IMG/VR virus record: IMGVR_UViG_3300036790_000196
Coordinates: 975 to 64,974 of that record
Direction: 5' to 3' (one strand)
From: a virus
Taxonomy: Duplodnaviria; Caudoviricetes
DNA: 64,000 nt
The notes below the pieces were generated by a model. The model worked only from the letters and a program-made list of their open reading frames with translations. It did not search any database and was not told the DNA's origin. The translations under genes were made by a program, and so were the position numbers. Below are positions 63,394-64,000 of this stretch, piece by piece (positions within the stretch are counted from its first letter, which is position 1; the number at the start of each line of letters is the position of its first letter).

Positions 63394-64000
63394 GGGCAGG
63401 AAAAGGGGTCAAAAATGGGATATGGGCACAGCAGATGGCCTAGAAGGCCCGCGACCCCAAAAAGGCTACCGAGATACCTTCTAGGCCAAGAAAACCCCGC
63501 CACGCCAAAAGAAACACGGCCAGCGTCGAACCGGGGGCGGGGGTCCAACGCCGATCAAAGGGGACCCAAAAAGGGGATATGGCAGGTGGGTGGCAATAAG
63601 GAAGGGGAAGGAGGAAGGGCATGGGAACGATAGGAACGGGGGGCGCATAAGACCTGCAGAGAGGGATATGCACCCCTCCCGCCGCGGTCGCGGTTGGGGC
63701 TGGACGATCCCGGCTTGGCGCAGTTCGGGCCTTGCCGCCGGCGCCCCCTGGTGGCTGCGAGAGGGGGGCTTTTGGCGTTCAATGACGCACAATAAACATT
63801 ATGACTTCCGCCTTGCGCCGCAACGACTTGCGTGTGATTGTCTCAAATCGGCCAGTCTCAACACGATGGATCAACGACTTGCGAAGCGAAAGCGGGCCGG
63901 TCTCAATTCAGGTCTCACTTCACCGCCGCCCTCTCTGCCCGCTCCAGCCGCTTGCGCATGGCCTCCCTGAGCGCGGGGCTTGCCGCCATCGCTGCGTCAA

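Larger units (their letters stand above)
1..64000. mobile_element. Tailed dsDNA bacteriophage genome (near-complete, podovirus-like gene set)
   Basis: TerL, portal, scaffold, major capsid, adaptor-like genes, giant internal protein, RecT/Cas4/helicase module; dense ATGA/GTGA-overlapping small ORFs; no host housekeeping genes. Confidence 0.95.

Noticed and set aside
63897-63912. Two overlapping 10-mers (CCGGTCTCAA, TCAATTCAGG) shared with the candidate ncRNA
   Set aside because: Matches this short are expected by chance
63239-63970. ORFs called over the right-hand repeat region
   Set aside because: Low-complexity translations without recognisable motifs; likely non-coding

Overview
The window is almost entirely the genome of a GC-rich tailed dsDNA bacteriophage, probably podovirus-like: it has a terminase large subunit, portal, scaffold, N4-gp56/DUF4043-like capsid and a 2527-aa internal virion protein, but no tape measure or tail tube was seen. 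No host genes, integrase, DNA polymerase, tRNA or CRISPR array were recognised. Layout: 1-17.4 kb (+) early, recombination and replication genes (many small coupled ORFs, RecT-like, Cas4-like nuclease, SF2 helicase); 17.4-27.4 kb (-) lysis, fibre and head genes; 27.5-35.1 kb (+) GIY-YIG nuclease, tail genes, a mucin-like Thr/Ser protein and a glycosyltransferase; 35-58.6 kb (-) portal, giant virion protein, TerL and a glycosyltransferase/modification island; 58.9-62.8 kb (+) SNF2-helicase/DNA-methylase fusion and RepA-like helicase, followed by an iteron-rich candidate origin. The strongest candidates for novelty are (1) an Sm/Hfq-like (DUF6948-type) gene coupled to a 32-unit GAGC-NN constant/variable hexamer array, (2) a promoter-driven ~305-nt structured RNA closed by a perfect 20-bp stem, and (3) an apparent virion-glycosylation system. 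All family names come from motif recognition by eye, not from database searches.
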